Positions 21,014 through 30,637 of a stretch of 64,000 nt of DNA are shown here, in pieces. The notes beneath the pieces were generated by a model. The model was not told where the DNA came from, did no database searches, and saw nothing but the letters and a program-made list of their open reading frames with translations. Each line of letters starts with the position of its first letter. The stretch's first letter is position 1. The stretch is from Candidatus Bathyarchaeota archaeon. GTDB taxonomy: Archaea > Thermoproteota > Bathyarchaeia > TCS64. The position numbers and the translations under genes were made by a program. The stretch covers positions 96,001-160,000 of the forward strand of contig CAVYLP010000006.1 of assembly GCA_963769425.1 (NCBI GenBank), read 5' to 3'.

Positions 21014-21782
21014 CTACCTCCTGTATATCCATTCCCTGCTCGCGTACCGATGCCCTGAACTGCTTGACGAGTTCCTCCTCGTAGGGGGTGAGTTCGCTCC
21101 TGATCAGGTTGGCGTCGAAGGCCTTCCTGTACCCCTCCTCAAGTGCGTCTCGCACCTCGGGAAATCCTATCCGGCGCCCCAGGAGCCTGCGTATGGTGGT
21201 GACTCTGTCCTCTGCCTGCTGGATCATCTTGTCGCTGAGCTTCTCCTTCGATATCTTGAGGACCCCGAACATCTGGCGCGCGTCGAAGTCGACGAGGAGG
21301 GTGCCGTGGTGGAGGACAGCGCCGTAGCGCCTGATCTGAGCGTTCCCTGAGATCTTCTTGCCGGCCACCACGATGTCGTTTATCGGCTTGAAGTCGGCCT
21401 TGATGCCGAGGACGGCGAGGGCCTCGACTATGCCTTGGCAGAGGAGGTGGTAGGACTCGACGGGGTCTGTGCTCACCCGTGGGTCGTCCTCCCTCAGGAT
21501 GACGCTGTAGGTGATCTCCCCCGTCTCGCTGTTGAGTACCGCGCCCCCGCCGCTTATCCTCCTGTTGAGGTTGAAGCCGAACCTCTCCAACGCTTCGAGG
21601 TTTACCTCGTCCTCGACGCTCTGGAAGTAGCCGAGGGTGACGGCGCTTGGCTTCCACATGTAGAATCTTAGGGTGTCTGGGGCTTTCCCCTCACCTCGGG
21701 CCTTCGTTATGGCCTCGTCGACGGCCATGTTCGTGTAGGCGTCGTTGACCTTTAGGTCGAGGAACCTGAAGTCCTTGGGCAA
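21014..21782 (-). CDS. lplA: Lipoate-protein ligase A catalytic subunit (one indel near the C-terminus)
   Basis: NMAVDEA, RRISGGGAV, NDIVVAGKKISGNAQ, HHGTLL; natural end RYASREWIYRR* in a shifted frame. Confidence 0.88.
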
Positions 21783-21833
21783 ATATGGTCGATTCTATGG
21801 GTGATATCGGGGCGATAAAAAGGGTTGGAGGTG

Positions 21834-22355
21834 CTACCACTTGTCTAGGTGGAGGACCTCGGAGACGGGGCGGCGCGGCCTCGGCGTTGGGTCTTGGTCG
21901 GGGTATCCGACGGGTATCATCGCCACCGGCCTTACGGCGGCTGGTAGCCCAACGGCCTCCGCAGCCATTCCCTCGTCAAAGGCGCCGATCCAGCAGGTAG
22001 CCAACCCGTTGTGCGCTGCAGTTATCATGATGTTCTCGATGGCTGCCGCTGTGTCCTGCAGGCAGTACAGTGTCTTTCCCCGGTCACCGTACCTCTGGGC
22101 GTTCCTGGTGGGGTCAGCGCAGACTACGATCACTACCGGTGCGGTCGCTATGAAGGCTTGGCCGCGGCTCGCCTCGACTAGCTCCTCTTTGACCTCTCGG
22201 TCCCGGACGGCGACGAAGCCCCACGGCTGCATGTTACCCGCACTTGGGGCGTGAACAGCTGCTTCTATGAGTGTCTGTATCTCCTCGTCCGTCAGTCCCT
22301 TCGGGGCGAAGGCGCGTACGCTCTTCCTCTTCAGAATGGCCTCTGGTATCTCCAA
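21834..22355 (-). CDS. Nitroreductase family protein
   Basis: RKSVRAF, APSAGNMQPW, GLATCWIGAF. Confidence 0.92.
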   Translation of the reverse strand: MEIPEAILKRKSVRAFAPKGLTDEEIQTLIEAAVHAPSAGNMQPWGFVAVRDREVKEELVEASRGQAFIATAPVVIVVCADPTRNAQRYGDRGKTLYCLQDTAAAIENIMITAAHNGLATCWIGAFDEGMAAEAVGLPAAVRPVAMIPVGYPDQDPTPRPRRPVSEVLHLDKW

Positions 22356-22389
22356 CTCCTCACCTTAGGGGTTGGTTGCGCTCGGTGGC

Positions 22390-23487
22390 TTATATCGCCT
22401 GCTGCCTCGGGCGTCTGGACACGTAGAACATAAACCCGATCGCAGCCGCGACGACCACACCGAGACCGATCATCGTCGGGTCGACCCACGTCGGTTGGAC
22501 GCCCTCCACCGTCTCCGTCGAGGTGACGTACAGGGTCGAGGAGGTGATTCTCTGCCGCGTCTCCACGCTGAGCGTCGTGTAGACCTGCTTCGACACCTTC
22601 ATCGCCGAGACTATTACGGGGGTGTACTCGGGGGCGTTCTGGACTATCCTTAGTGGATCGCTCTCGGTGGTGTAGGTGAGATCGACTGGGATCCAGCCCC
22701 ATGGGGGGGTGTAGACCATGGCCCACCCGTGCCAGCCCAGCCCTGTCTCCGAGATGGCGAGGTGCCCGTCCCAGATTGTTTCGGTGCTATCTATGCCCGA
22801 GTTGAAGACTACGCCAATCTGAAGATAAGAGGGAATGCCGAGGCTCCGGAGCATACTGATCAGCAGAATAGATTGGTCGTCGCAGTCTCCCTCTCTCTGG
22901 GTTAAGGTCTGATTAGGGTAGAGGGGTAGCTCATGTGTTGCATATTTAATATTGGTGTGGAACCACGAGACAAGGTTGACGACTTTCCCGAGTACAGTTG
23001 TCTGGCCCTCAGTGAGTCGAGCTGCAAGTGCGGCTATCTCCGTGTTGTTAGACCAGAATGTCTCCGTCGTCGCTGTGTAGTTAGAGACTAGCGCGGCGGG
23101 GATATCCGCGTCCGTCCCCGATTTAGAGGAATCAATCTGTGGATTGGGGAGGCCTGAGGGGGACACTGAGTAGACGACGGTGTATGATACCTTCCCGTTC
23201 GCGGGTATGAATAGGCTCATATTGGGGTCAGCTAGGAGGTTCCCGTCCTCATCTGCGTAGGCAGGGCCTAATGACGGCGTGGCTGAAGTCACAGTCACGG
23301 TCTGAGAGGGGCTATTGTTGAATATGAGGACCGTGAGGTCGTCCTTCTCCAGTGTGGTCGAGGTGATCCCGCGGTTCTCGAAGGTGTAGGTGACTGTATA
23401 CTTGTACTGCGTCGCCGCGTGTGCTGGGGCAAGCTGTACTAGAATTATGAGTATAATGAACAGGGGCGCGGCGAATCGGACTTTCAA
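22390..23487 (-). CDS. Secreted, membrane-anchored transglutaminase-like protein
   Basis: Signal peptide; GDCDD, HGW and VDLT catalytic triad motifs; C-terminal TM helix. Confidence 0.88.
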   Translation of the reverse strand: MKVRFAAPLFIILIILVQLAPAHAATQYKYTVTYTFENRGITSTTLEKDDLTVLIFNNSPSQTVTVTSATPSLGPAYADEDGNLLADPNMSLFIPANGKVSYTVVYSVSPSGLPNPQIDSSKSGTDADIPAALVSNYTATTETFWSNNTEIAALAARLTEGQTTVLGKVVNLVSWFHTNIKYATHELPLYPNQTLTQREGDCDDQSILLISMLRSLGIPSYLQIGVVFNSGIDSTETIWDGHLAISETGLGWHGWAMVYTPPWGWIPVDLTYTTESDPLRIVQNAPEYTPVIVSAMKVSKQVYTTLSVETRQRITSSTLYVTSTETVEGVQPTWVDPTMIGLGVVVAAAIGFMFYVSRRPRQQAI

Positions 23488-23543
23488 GCTGGCTCCAGTT
23501 TGATGCGGATGCGCGGCTTAAATCTGTTTACTGAGTGGATTGA

Positions 23544-24192
23544 TTAGCCCTTCTGGACCTTCTCCCAGTCCTTAGCGAAGATGCGGAGCCCGTCGTCGGT
23601 GAGTGGGTGACTTAGCATCTTCTCTATGATGTCTGGGGGGATGGTTGCGACATGGGCGCCCATCCTGGCGGCGTCGGTGACGTGGCGTGGGTGTCTGATG
23701 CTCGCGACTATTAGCTTGCTGGGGAGATCGTAGTTGTCGAGGATGTCCATGACCTCCTGTATCACCTCCATGCCGTCCTGCCCCCTGTCGTCGAGACGCC
23801 CAACGAAGACGCTCACGTATGTGGCGCCCGCCTTGGAGGCGAGGAGGGCTTGGTTAGCAGAGAAGATGAGGGTGACATTCGTTTTTATCCCGAGTTTGGT
23901 TAACACCTTAACGGCCTTGAGCCCCTCAGCGGTCATCGGAATCTTGACCACGATATGCTCCCCGAAGGCGGCGAGCTGCTTCGCCTCCGCTACCAGGTCG
24001 TCGGCTGTGGTGCTGCAGGCCTCGACGCTTATCGGCCCCTTGACGACTGCGGCTGATCTCCTTGACGACGTCCTCGAACTTGCGCCCGCACTTGGCTATG
24101 AGTGTGGGGTTTGTTGTCACCCCGTCGACGACGCCTATGCTGTAGTATTTCTTGATCTGGGCGACGTCAGCGGTGTCGATGAAGAACTCCAT
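23544..24192 (-). CDS. tal: Transaldolase / fructose-6-phosphate aldolase family (frameshift near 24050)
   Basis: [41 protein letters not shown]. Confidence 0.9.
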
Positions 24193-24289
24193 TCTGGTTC
24201 CAGCTTTGTTCTCCTAGTTACGCCGTTTTTGGATAACCCTTTCGGCGTGGCAGGCAACGGATATTTAAACAGGTCTACGGATTCGATCA

Positions 24290-25159
24290 ATGATTGAAAT
24301 GATTAGGAAGCAGCCCTTCGGAAGCACGGGGCACGACAGCTCCGCGACTCTCTTCGGCGCGGCGGCCCTCGGCGACGTGACGCAGGAGGTAGCCGACGAG
24401 ACACTCAAGGTCCTCATGGACCACGGGGTGAACCACATCGACGTGGCCGCGAGCTACGGAGACGCCGAACTCAGGATAGGTCCCTGGATGGAGAAGCACA
24501 GGAGCGACTTCTTCCTCGCCACGAAGACGGGGATGCGGACATACGAGGAGGCGAAGAAGGAGTTCAATAAGTCACTGAAGCGACTCAGGGTGAAGAGCGT
24601 CGACCTCATACAGCTCCACAACCTCACCCACCCCGACGAGTGGGAGACAGCCATGGGTGAGGGAGGGGCACTGAAAGCGCTTGTCGAGGCGAAGGAGCAA
24701 GGACTCACCCGCTTCATCGGCGTCACCGGGCACGGGCTCTTCGCACCCGCGATGCACATGAGGAGCCTGAAGAGGTTTGAATTCGACTCTGTCCTACTCC
24801 CCTGGAACTACATCCTCAACAGGGACGAACGCTACAGGGCTGAGTTCGAGGCGCTCCTAAAGACATGTAAAGACAGGGGGGTCGCGGTCCAGACCATCAA
24901 GTCCCTGACGAAGGGGCCGTGGGGAGGCAAGGAGCAGACGACCACAACGTGGTACGAGCCCTTCACGGAGCAGGGGGACATCGACCTCGCCGTCACCTGG
25001 ATACTCGGGCAGGGCACAATCTTCCTCAACACCTCCAGCGACGTCAAGCTACTGCCAAAGATACTAGCCGCGGCGAGCAGAAACGCCTCGAAGCCGAGCG
25101 ACGAGCAGATGGATGAGCTCTGCGAGAGGACCCACATGTCCCGCCTCTTCGTCAGCTAG
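24290..25159 (+). CDS. Aldo/keto reductase
   Basis: [26 protein letters not shown]. Confidence 0.9.
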   Translation: MIEMIRKQPFGSTGHDSSATLFGAAALGDVTQEVADETLKVLMDHGVNHIDVAASYGDAELRIGPWMEKHRSDFFLATKTGMRTYEEAKKEFNKSLKRLRVKSVDLIQLHNLTHPDEWETAMGEGGALKALVEAKEQGLTRFIGVTGHGLFAPAMHMRSLKRFEFDSVLLPWNYILNRDERYRAEFEALLKTCKDRGVAVQTIKSLTKGPWGGKEQTTTTWYEPFTEQGDIDLAVTWILGQGTIFLNTSSDVKLLPKILAAASRNASKPSDEQMDELCERTHMSRLFVS

Positions 25160-25243
25160 CTTTGTGAGCGTAGCTACTCATAAGGCAAAAAAAATTCATC
25201 TCTTTTTATTGATTCCATCAAAGTATCGAGTGGGTGAGGAAGT

Positions 25244-25732
25244 TTGAACAAGACAAAGGTCCGGGCGGAGCCCGGCAAACAGGAGATGTTCATCACGAGG
25301 GAGATAGATGCCCCCCGGGAGCTCGTCTTCAAGGCACACACCGACCCGAAGCTCTACGAGCAGTGGATCGGCCCGCGGAGACTCACGACGAGGCTCGTCA
25401 AGTTCGAGCCACGGAGCGGCGGCGAGTGGCGCTACATCTCCACTGACAAGGACGGAAAGGAGTTCGGCTTCCACGGCGTGAACCACGAAGTACACGCGCC
25501 AGACCTGCTCATCGACACCTTCGAGTTTGAGGGGCTCCCCGAGAGGGGGCACGTCAACCTAGAGACACTCAGGCTTGAGGAACTCCCCGGCGGGAGGACG
25601 AGGATCAACATCCAGGTCATCTTCCAGTCCGTAGCAGACCGAGACGGGATGATACAGGGCAACATGGAGGAGGGGCTCAACGAGTCCCACGACCGCCTAG
25701 AGGAACTCCTCGCGAAGATGAAGAAGAAGTAA
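25244..25732 (+). CDS. SRPBCC/AHA1 family protein
   Basis: [19 protein letters not shown]...QWIGP, GFHGV. Confidence 0.9.
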   Translation: MNKTKVRAEPGKQEMFITREIDAPRELVFKAHTDPKLYEQWIGPRRLTTRLVKFEPRSGGEWRYISTDKDGKEFGFHGVNHEVHAPDLLIDTFEFEGLPERGHVNLETLRLEELPGGRTRINIQVIFQSVADRDGMIQGNMEEGLNESHDRLEELLAKMKKK

Positions 25733-25738
25733 CCTAGA

Positions 25739-26695
25739 TCAGAGCCTCTCCCTGTTCGGCTGGAGGTCACGCTCCCTCTCCTCGGGCGGCGTGATGAGGG
25801 GGGCTACCTCGTCCATGAAGTACTCGACAGACTCCGCCTCCGAGCCGTAGGGGAAGACTATGACGAAGTGGGTGACGTCGAGGTCCACGTAGCCTTTGAT
25901 GAACTCCGCAGCCTGCTTCGCGGTCTTCGGCTCCCATTTCTTCGCCCCCGAGTACTTCTCGTGAGGCGCCGGCGTCCCGGCCCCCACCTGTTTAAGTGCG
26001 AGATGGAGCCCTGCCGACTTCCGGATCGATCCGTAGTTGACGCCCAGCTTCTCGCAGTGCCCCTCGAGGACGCCGAGGCGCTCCGCGAAGACCCTGAGGT
26101 CCGTGTTCCAGGCGAAGTTCGCGAGCTGAGCGTGCCTCGCCGTGACCTTCAACAGGTTGTCGCCGGTGCCCCCGACGAGGACGGGCATAGGGTCCTGTAT
26201 GGGCTTCGGCATCGCAACGCTGTCGTTGACGCTGTAGTACTTGCCTTTGTAGTTGGCCCGGGGCCGTGTCCACATCTGCCTCGCTATGGTGAGTGCCTCA
26301 TCGAGCTGGCGTACCCTGGCTCCCGGGCTGGGGAACTCGTAGCCGTACGCTTTGTACTCGACCTCCTTCCACCCGGCTCCGACTCCGAAGTAGATCCGCC
26401 CGCCGCTGATGTTGTCGAGCGTGGCAGCCATCTTCGCGGCGAGGCACGGGTTCCGGTAGTTCTGGCAGGAGACCATCGTGCCGAAGCGGAGGGTCTCCGT
26501 CTCCGCCGCAAGGGCGGTGAGGAGCGTCCAAGCCTCGAGGCAGTCGACGTCGACGGCGGGCGGGCTGATGAGGAAGTGGTCGGATGCCCACATGCTCTCG
26601 AAGCCCGCCGCCTCGACGCGCTTCGCGACGTCCCTCAGGTACGCGTACTCGTAGCCGTACTGAGGCTCGATCTGGACGCCATAGTCGATGTTCAA
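25739..26695 (-). CDS. LLM-class (probably F420-dependent) oxidoreductase
   Basis: WASDHF, YRNP..AAKMAATLDNISGGR, GAGW, PVLVGG. Confidence 0.9.
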   Translation of the reverse strand: MNIDYGVQIEPQYGYEYAYLRDVAKRVEAAGFESMWASDHFLISPPAVDVDCLEAWTLLTALAAETETLRFGTMVSCQNYRNPCLAAKMAATLDNISGGRIYFGVGAGWKEVEYKAYGYEFPSPGARVRQLDEALTIARQMWTRPRANYKGKYYSVNDSVAMPKPIQDPMPVLVGGTGDNLLKVTARHAQLANFAWNTDLRVFAERLGVLEGHCEKLGVNYGSIRKSAGLHLALKQVGAGTPAPHEKYSGAKKWEPKTAKQAAEFIKGYVDLDVTHFVIVFPYGSEAESVEYFMDEVAPLITPPEERERDLQPNRERL

Positions 26696-26784
26696 GTTGA
26701 TCGGTTAATATTCGGATGGAATGTGTATAAACGGTTCCCCGGCCGCCTCGGCAAGGTCTAATATCGGGGGTTTCGAAGTTCTTC

Positions 26785-27114
26785 ATGGTAACTAAAACGA
26801 TGAAATGTCCGAAGTGCGGCTCGGAGATACCCGAAGACTCGAACTACTGCAAGTTCTGCGGCATGAGGCAGGGGAAGTTCGTTACCGAGGAGTTCTCGGT
26901 CGGCGCCAACGACGTCCTCAAGCGGGTCGAGGAACTCCTCCACGAGGGAAATATAACGAGGGTGATTGTGAAGGACGAGTCGGGGAAGCAGCTCCTCGAG
27001 ATACCTGCGACAGTCGGCGTCGTTGGCACCATCCTCGCCCCCTGGATGGCCGCGCTCGGAGTCATAGCCGTCCTCGCGACGAAGTGCACAATCATCGTCG
27101 AGAAACGGGAGTAG
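26785..27114 (+). CDS. Zinc-ribbon plus DUF4342 protein
   Basis: CPKCG...CKFCG, then EEFSV...LLHEGNITRVIVK..LLEIP. Confidence 0.88.
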   Translation: MVTKTMKCPKCGSEIPEDSNYCKFCGMRQGKFVTEEFSVGANDVLKRVEELLHEGNITRVIVKDESGKQLLEIPATVGVVGTILAPWMAALGVIAVLATKCTIIVEKRE

Positions 27115-27298
27115 CCGCGAGTTTCTGAACTCATTTGCCGAGGAGTCGGGCGAGTATGCGCCGGTAGCTCGACTTCGTGTCAACCACCTCTACCACTGTG
27201 CACGCGTCGCACCCCGTCCTCGGAGTCCGCACGTCGAGCTAGAATATGATTGTCTGAAACAGGGAAGATGCTAAAAAACCTGAGTGGGTGAAGAGGGC

Positions 27299-28237
27299 CT
27301 ACTTGCGCTTCTCGACGGCCTTCTCCGCCCTGTCAGCTAGCTGCGCGGGTGTCAACCCGTACTCATTCAGGTAGCTGTCCGCGTTCCGGCTGGAGCCGGC
27401 GTAAACGTCGGGGATGCCAAGCCTTGTGACGGGGACCGGGTACCTCTCCGAGAGGGACTCAGCTACAGCACCTCCTAGGCCACCTAGGACGGAATGGTCC
27501 TCGACCGTGAGGATTGTCCCTGTGGCCTTCGCGGCCGCCTCGAGGGCGTCGCCGTCCAGCGGCTTCACCGTGTGGACGTTCAGCACCCTCGCGTCTATCA
27601 TCCTCTCCTTCAGGGCGGCTGCCGCCTTCAGTGAGGCGTCCACCATCGGCCCGAAGGCGACGAGGGTGACGTCCTCGCCGTCCCTCATCGTCTCTGCCCT
27701 GCCCACCTGGAACTTGTAGCCCTTCTGCAGGATCGGCTCCTTATCCCTTCGTAGACGCATGTAATATGGGCCACCCGTCTTCAGGGCGGCGTCGAGGGCG
27801 CTCTTCGTCTCCTCCGCGTCGACGGGGACAATGACCCGCATGTTGGGGATGACCCGCATGAGGGCGACGTCCTGGAATGCGAGGTGCGAGGCGCCGTCCG
27901 CAGCGGCCGATAGTCCGCCGTGGCTCGCAACTAGGCAGACGTTGAGACTGTCGTGGGCGACTATGTTGCGTATCTGGTCCCACGCCCTCCCCGTTAGGAA
28001 GTAGGCGAAGCTGCTCGCGAAGGCCCTCTTCCCCCCGATGGCGAGGCCCGCGGCCACGTCGATGAGGTTCTGCTCCGCCGCGCCAACGTCGAAGAAGCGC
28101 TCGGGGTATGCCTTACCGAACATGATGGTCTTCGTCGACTCGGCGAGGTCGGCGTCGACGACGACGATGTCCCGATTTATCTTCCCCGTCTCGACGAGCC
28201 ACTCACCGTATGCGTCCCTTGTTGCCTTCACACTCAT
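27299..28237 (-). CDS. Transketolase C-terminal subunit
   Basis: ATRDAYG, DADLAEST, AEQNL, DGASH, VEDHSVLGGLG. Confidence 0.92.
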   Translation of the reverse strand: MSVKATRDAYGEWLVETGKINRDIVVVDADLAESTKTIMFGKAYPERFFDVGAAEQNLIDVAAGLAIGGKRAFASSFAYFLTGRAWDQIRNIVAHDSLNVCLVASHGGLSAAADGASHLAFQDVALMRVIPNMRVIVPVDAEETKSALDAALKTGGPYYMRLRRDKEPILQKGYKFQVGRAETMRDGEDVTLVAFGPMVDASLKAAAALKERMIDARVLNVHTVKPLDGDALEAAAKATGTILTVEDHSVLGGLGGAVAESLSERYPVPVTRLGIPDVYAGSSRNADSYLNEYGLTPAQLADRAEKAVEKRK

Positions 28238-29055
28238 GGCAATCCCTCCAGCTCCTTGCAAGCCGTCTCAAGCTCTGTTGGCGTGCACGCCTTGCCGTGG
28301 AAGCCGACGACCCCCTCCATGAAGCTGACGCCCTTTCCCTTGACGGTGTTCGCGATTATGACGGTGGGTTTACCTGTGAAGCGCTTCGCCTCCTCGAAGG
28401 CTGCGATTAGTTTAGCGTGGTCGTGACCATCAATGCAGATGACGTTCCAGTTGAAGGCACGCCACTTGTCCGCGATAGGCTCTAGCCCCATGACCTTCTC
28501 CGTGGGGCCGTCTATCTGCAAACCGTTGCGGTCGACTATAGCGGTGAGGTTGTCGAGCCTCCTGTGGGCGGCGAACATGGCCGCCTCCCAGACTAGTCCC
28601 TCGTCACACTCCCCGTCGCCGAGGAGGCAGTAGACCCGGCTCCCCCTTCCGTCTAGCTTCAGGGCGGAGGCGATACCCGAGGCTATGCTCAACCCGTTTC
28701 CGAGGCTACCGCTGCTCACCTCGACGCCGGGTGTTCTCGTCGCGTCCGGGTGGCCCTGGAGCATCGACTCGTGCTCCCTGAGGTGGTGGAGCTGCTCACT
28801 GGGGAAGTACCCCCTCTTCGCGAGGACTGCGTATAGGGCGGGTGCCGCGTGCCCCTTGCTTAGTATGAACCTGTCCCTGTCGGGCCAACCTGGGTTCCTC
28901 GGGTCGTGTCTCAGCACCCCCCAGTAGAGGGTGACGAGGATGTCGGTGGCGCTCAGGCTGCCGCCGGGGTGACCCGAACCCGCTTCTGTAGTTGCGCGCA
29001 GCGCGTCGGCTCTTATCTCCCTTGAGAGCTTAACAAGCTCCTCATTGGTAACCAT
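28234..29055 (-). CDS. Transketolase N-terminal subunit
   Basis: SGHPGGSLS, DRFILSKGH, LQGHP, GDGECDEG...DRN TPP motif. Confidence 0.95.
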   Translation of the reverse strand: MVTNEELVKLSREIRADALRATTEAGSGHPGGSLSATDILVTLYWGVLRHDPRNPGWPDRDRFILSKGHAAPALYAVLAKRGYFPSEQLHHLREHESMLQGHPDATRTPGVEVSSGSLGNGLSIASGIASALKLDGRGSRVYCLLGDGECDEGLVWEAAMFAAHRRLDNLTAIVDRNGLQIDGPTEKVMGLEPIADKWRAFNWNVICIDGHDHAKLIAAFEEAKRFTGKPTVIIANTVKGKGVSFMEGVVGFHGKACTPTELETACKELEGLP

Positions 29056-29177
29056 TCATCCACCATCCGGTGATCGAATTGTGAACCACCTCGTCCCCAG
29101 CGCTATAAAACGTGCGGTGCAGAATCATGAAATGCGGTTCAGTGAAATCATTTCGAACTTGTGATGACTGACCTGAC

Positions 29178-29621
29178 TTAGGGTGTCTCAACGGAGACAG
29201 TTACTTTGACGAGTGTATTGGGATCCTTTAAAACTTGTACAATTGAGCGTGGTATTTGTATCGTGGCCTTATCGGCGTGGACCATGAGAGTTCTTGGGCA
29301 GACATAACCACTCATCCGGGATACCATGTCGGTTGGGTGCTCCCAAGTTAGTGCAGGGTCCCCTCGACCCACCGCTGTGAATACCCGGTCCCCAACACTT
29401 AGTGTCAGTGAGATGATTGAGTCAGCTCTCGAAGCCGCTCTTCTCAATTCATCACTCATGTCGGCTAGACCTTTCTGTGCTCCAACAGCCGCGATGCAGT
29501 CTCCCTGAGTTGTCAGGTGAGTCTCCTTGGTGATTTCTATGGTCGTCTCATGGGTGGCACGTATGTTGGGGTGGCCATGAGCAGTGAAGATTTCCTCGAG
29601 GAGCATCGACGTCTGCTTCAA
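29178..29621 (-). CDS. DUF371 family protein
   Basis: AHGHPNIRATHETTIEITKETHLTTQGDCI. Confidence 0.92.
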   Translation of the reverse strand: MKQTSMLLEEIFTAHGHPNIRATHETTIEITKETHLTTQGDCIAAVGAQKGLADMSDELRRAASRADSIISLTLSVGDRVFTAVGRGDPALTWEHPTDMVSRMSGYVCPRTLMVHADKATIQIPRSIVQVLKDPNTLVKVTVSVETP

Positions 29622-29752
29622 CGTCGCCGAATTTAAGGGGTACGTGAAGAGGGAATTTGCATAAATTTACCTAATCTTGTTCTACGCGAACCTCATTTTT
29701 TCAGTAGATTCAAATCACGAAGCTTTTTTGTTAAACACTTCACAATCTAAGT

Positions 29753-30139
29753 GTGACAGATTTCATACAAGCCTATACTATGCCGGAAAAATTTGCTGTT
29801 GATTTGCCATTAGAGAAGATTGTGTGCGATGAGAATGTTGACTCCGAGTACGCGAGGAGCCTCGCTGAAGTGGACGTCTTAAAATTTAAGCCGATCGTGG
29901 TCATTAAGCACCCCAAGAAGGAGATATACGCGGTCCTCGATGGACACCATCGCCTAGAGGCCGTGAAACTCAGGGGGCTTAAGACCATAAGGGCCACGGT
30001 TGTGGATGATTATACAGGTTTGGGCTTTGAGTTGACGAAGCAGGGGCTATTCCAGCCCTCAGCCGAGTTCACGAGGTATATCAGAGTCCCGATAAAGAGG
30101 TTCGCTGAGGACATGCGTCGCTTTTTGTTTGATTCATAG
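29753..30139 (+). CDS. Stand-alone ParB/Sulfiredoxin-like N-terminal domain protein
   Basis: PIVV...YAVLDGHHRLEAVKLRG; no C-terminal HTH. Confidence 0.8.
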   Translation: MTDFIQAYTMPEKFAVDLPLEKIVCDENVDSEYARSLAEVDVLKFKPIVVIKHPKKEIYAVLDGHHRLEAVKLRGLKTIRATVVDDYTGLGFELTKQGLFQPSAEFTRYIRVPIKRFAEDMRRFLFDS

Positions 30140-30182
30140 AGTGTTGGGTGATCTCAATCCACATCCGAGATCATCCAAAACG

Positions 30183-30535
30183 CGCAACGGTGGCCACTTA
30201 TACCGCAACGACTGCAACTTATACCGTTTTTCCTCACAAAACCTTACCCATCTGAGCCGTTTCCAAGCCCCTTTACCGATTCAGGTCAATAAAAACGCTT
30301 AGACGCCTGTCTTTATCTGTCTTTTTTAGTATATTATTTGTCTATTTCCGTCTATTTCTGTCTTATTCTGTCTATTTCTGTCTTCCTTATAAGTGGCGGC
30401 TGTTGCGGAGCTGTCCCTTGTATGCGGTGGCTGTTGCGCTTTGTAACAGTAGCAGTTGCGCATGTAAGTGGTGGCCGTTACAGGATTCTTCACTGTATAA
30501 GGTGGTTGTTGCACGTTGTAATGGTGGCCGCTATG
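30183..30535. repeat. Eight ~20-bp iteron-like repeats (2 inverted, 6 direct) flanking an AT-rich 10-bp tandem array
   Basis: Consensus ~TRTAAGTGGTGGCYGTTGCG at 30183(-), 30204(-), 30388, 30419, 30442, 30463, 30494, 30517; TCTGTCTATT-like decamers at 30308-30383. Confidence 0.85.
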
Positions 30536-30637
30536 CGTTGTATTCAATAATTGCGAAGTAAGTGAATCTGGCCCCGGTTTAGGGATCGGTAGGTGTTCTA
30601 AACTCTAGGATTATAATACCTAACCCCGATCCACTAG

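Noticed and set aside
30183-30535. CRISPR array
   Set aside because: Repeats are degenerate, occur in both orientations and are separated by only ~1-11 bp; there are no unique ~35-bp spacers and no cas genes.
30326-30550. Two short antiparallel ORFs (73 aa and 70 aa) over the repeat array
   Set aside because: Low-complexity translations of the DNA repeats; the 10/21/31-bp periodicities do not respect codon phase.
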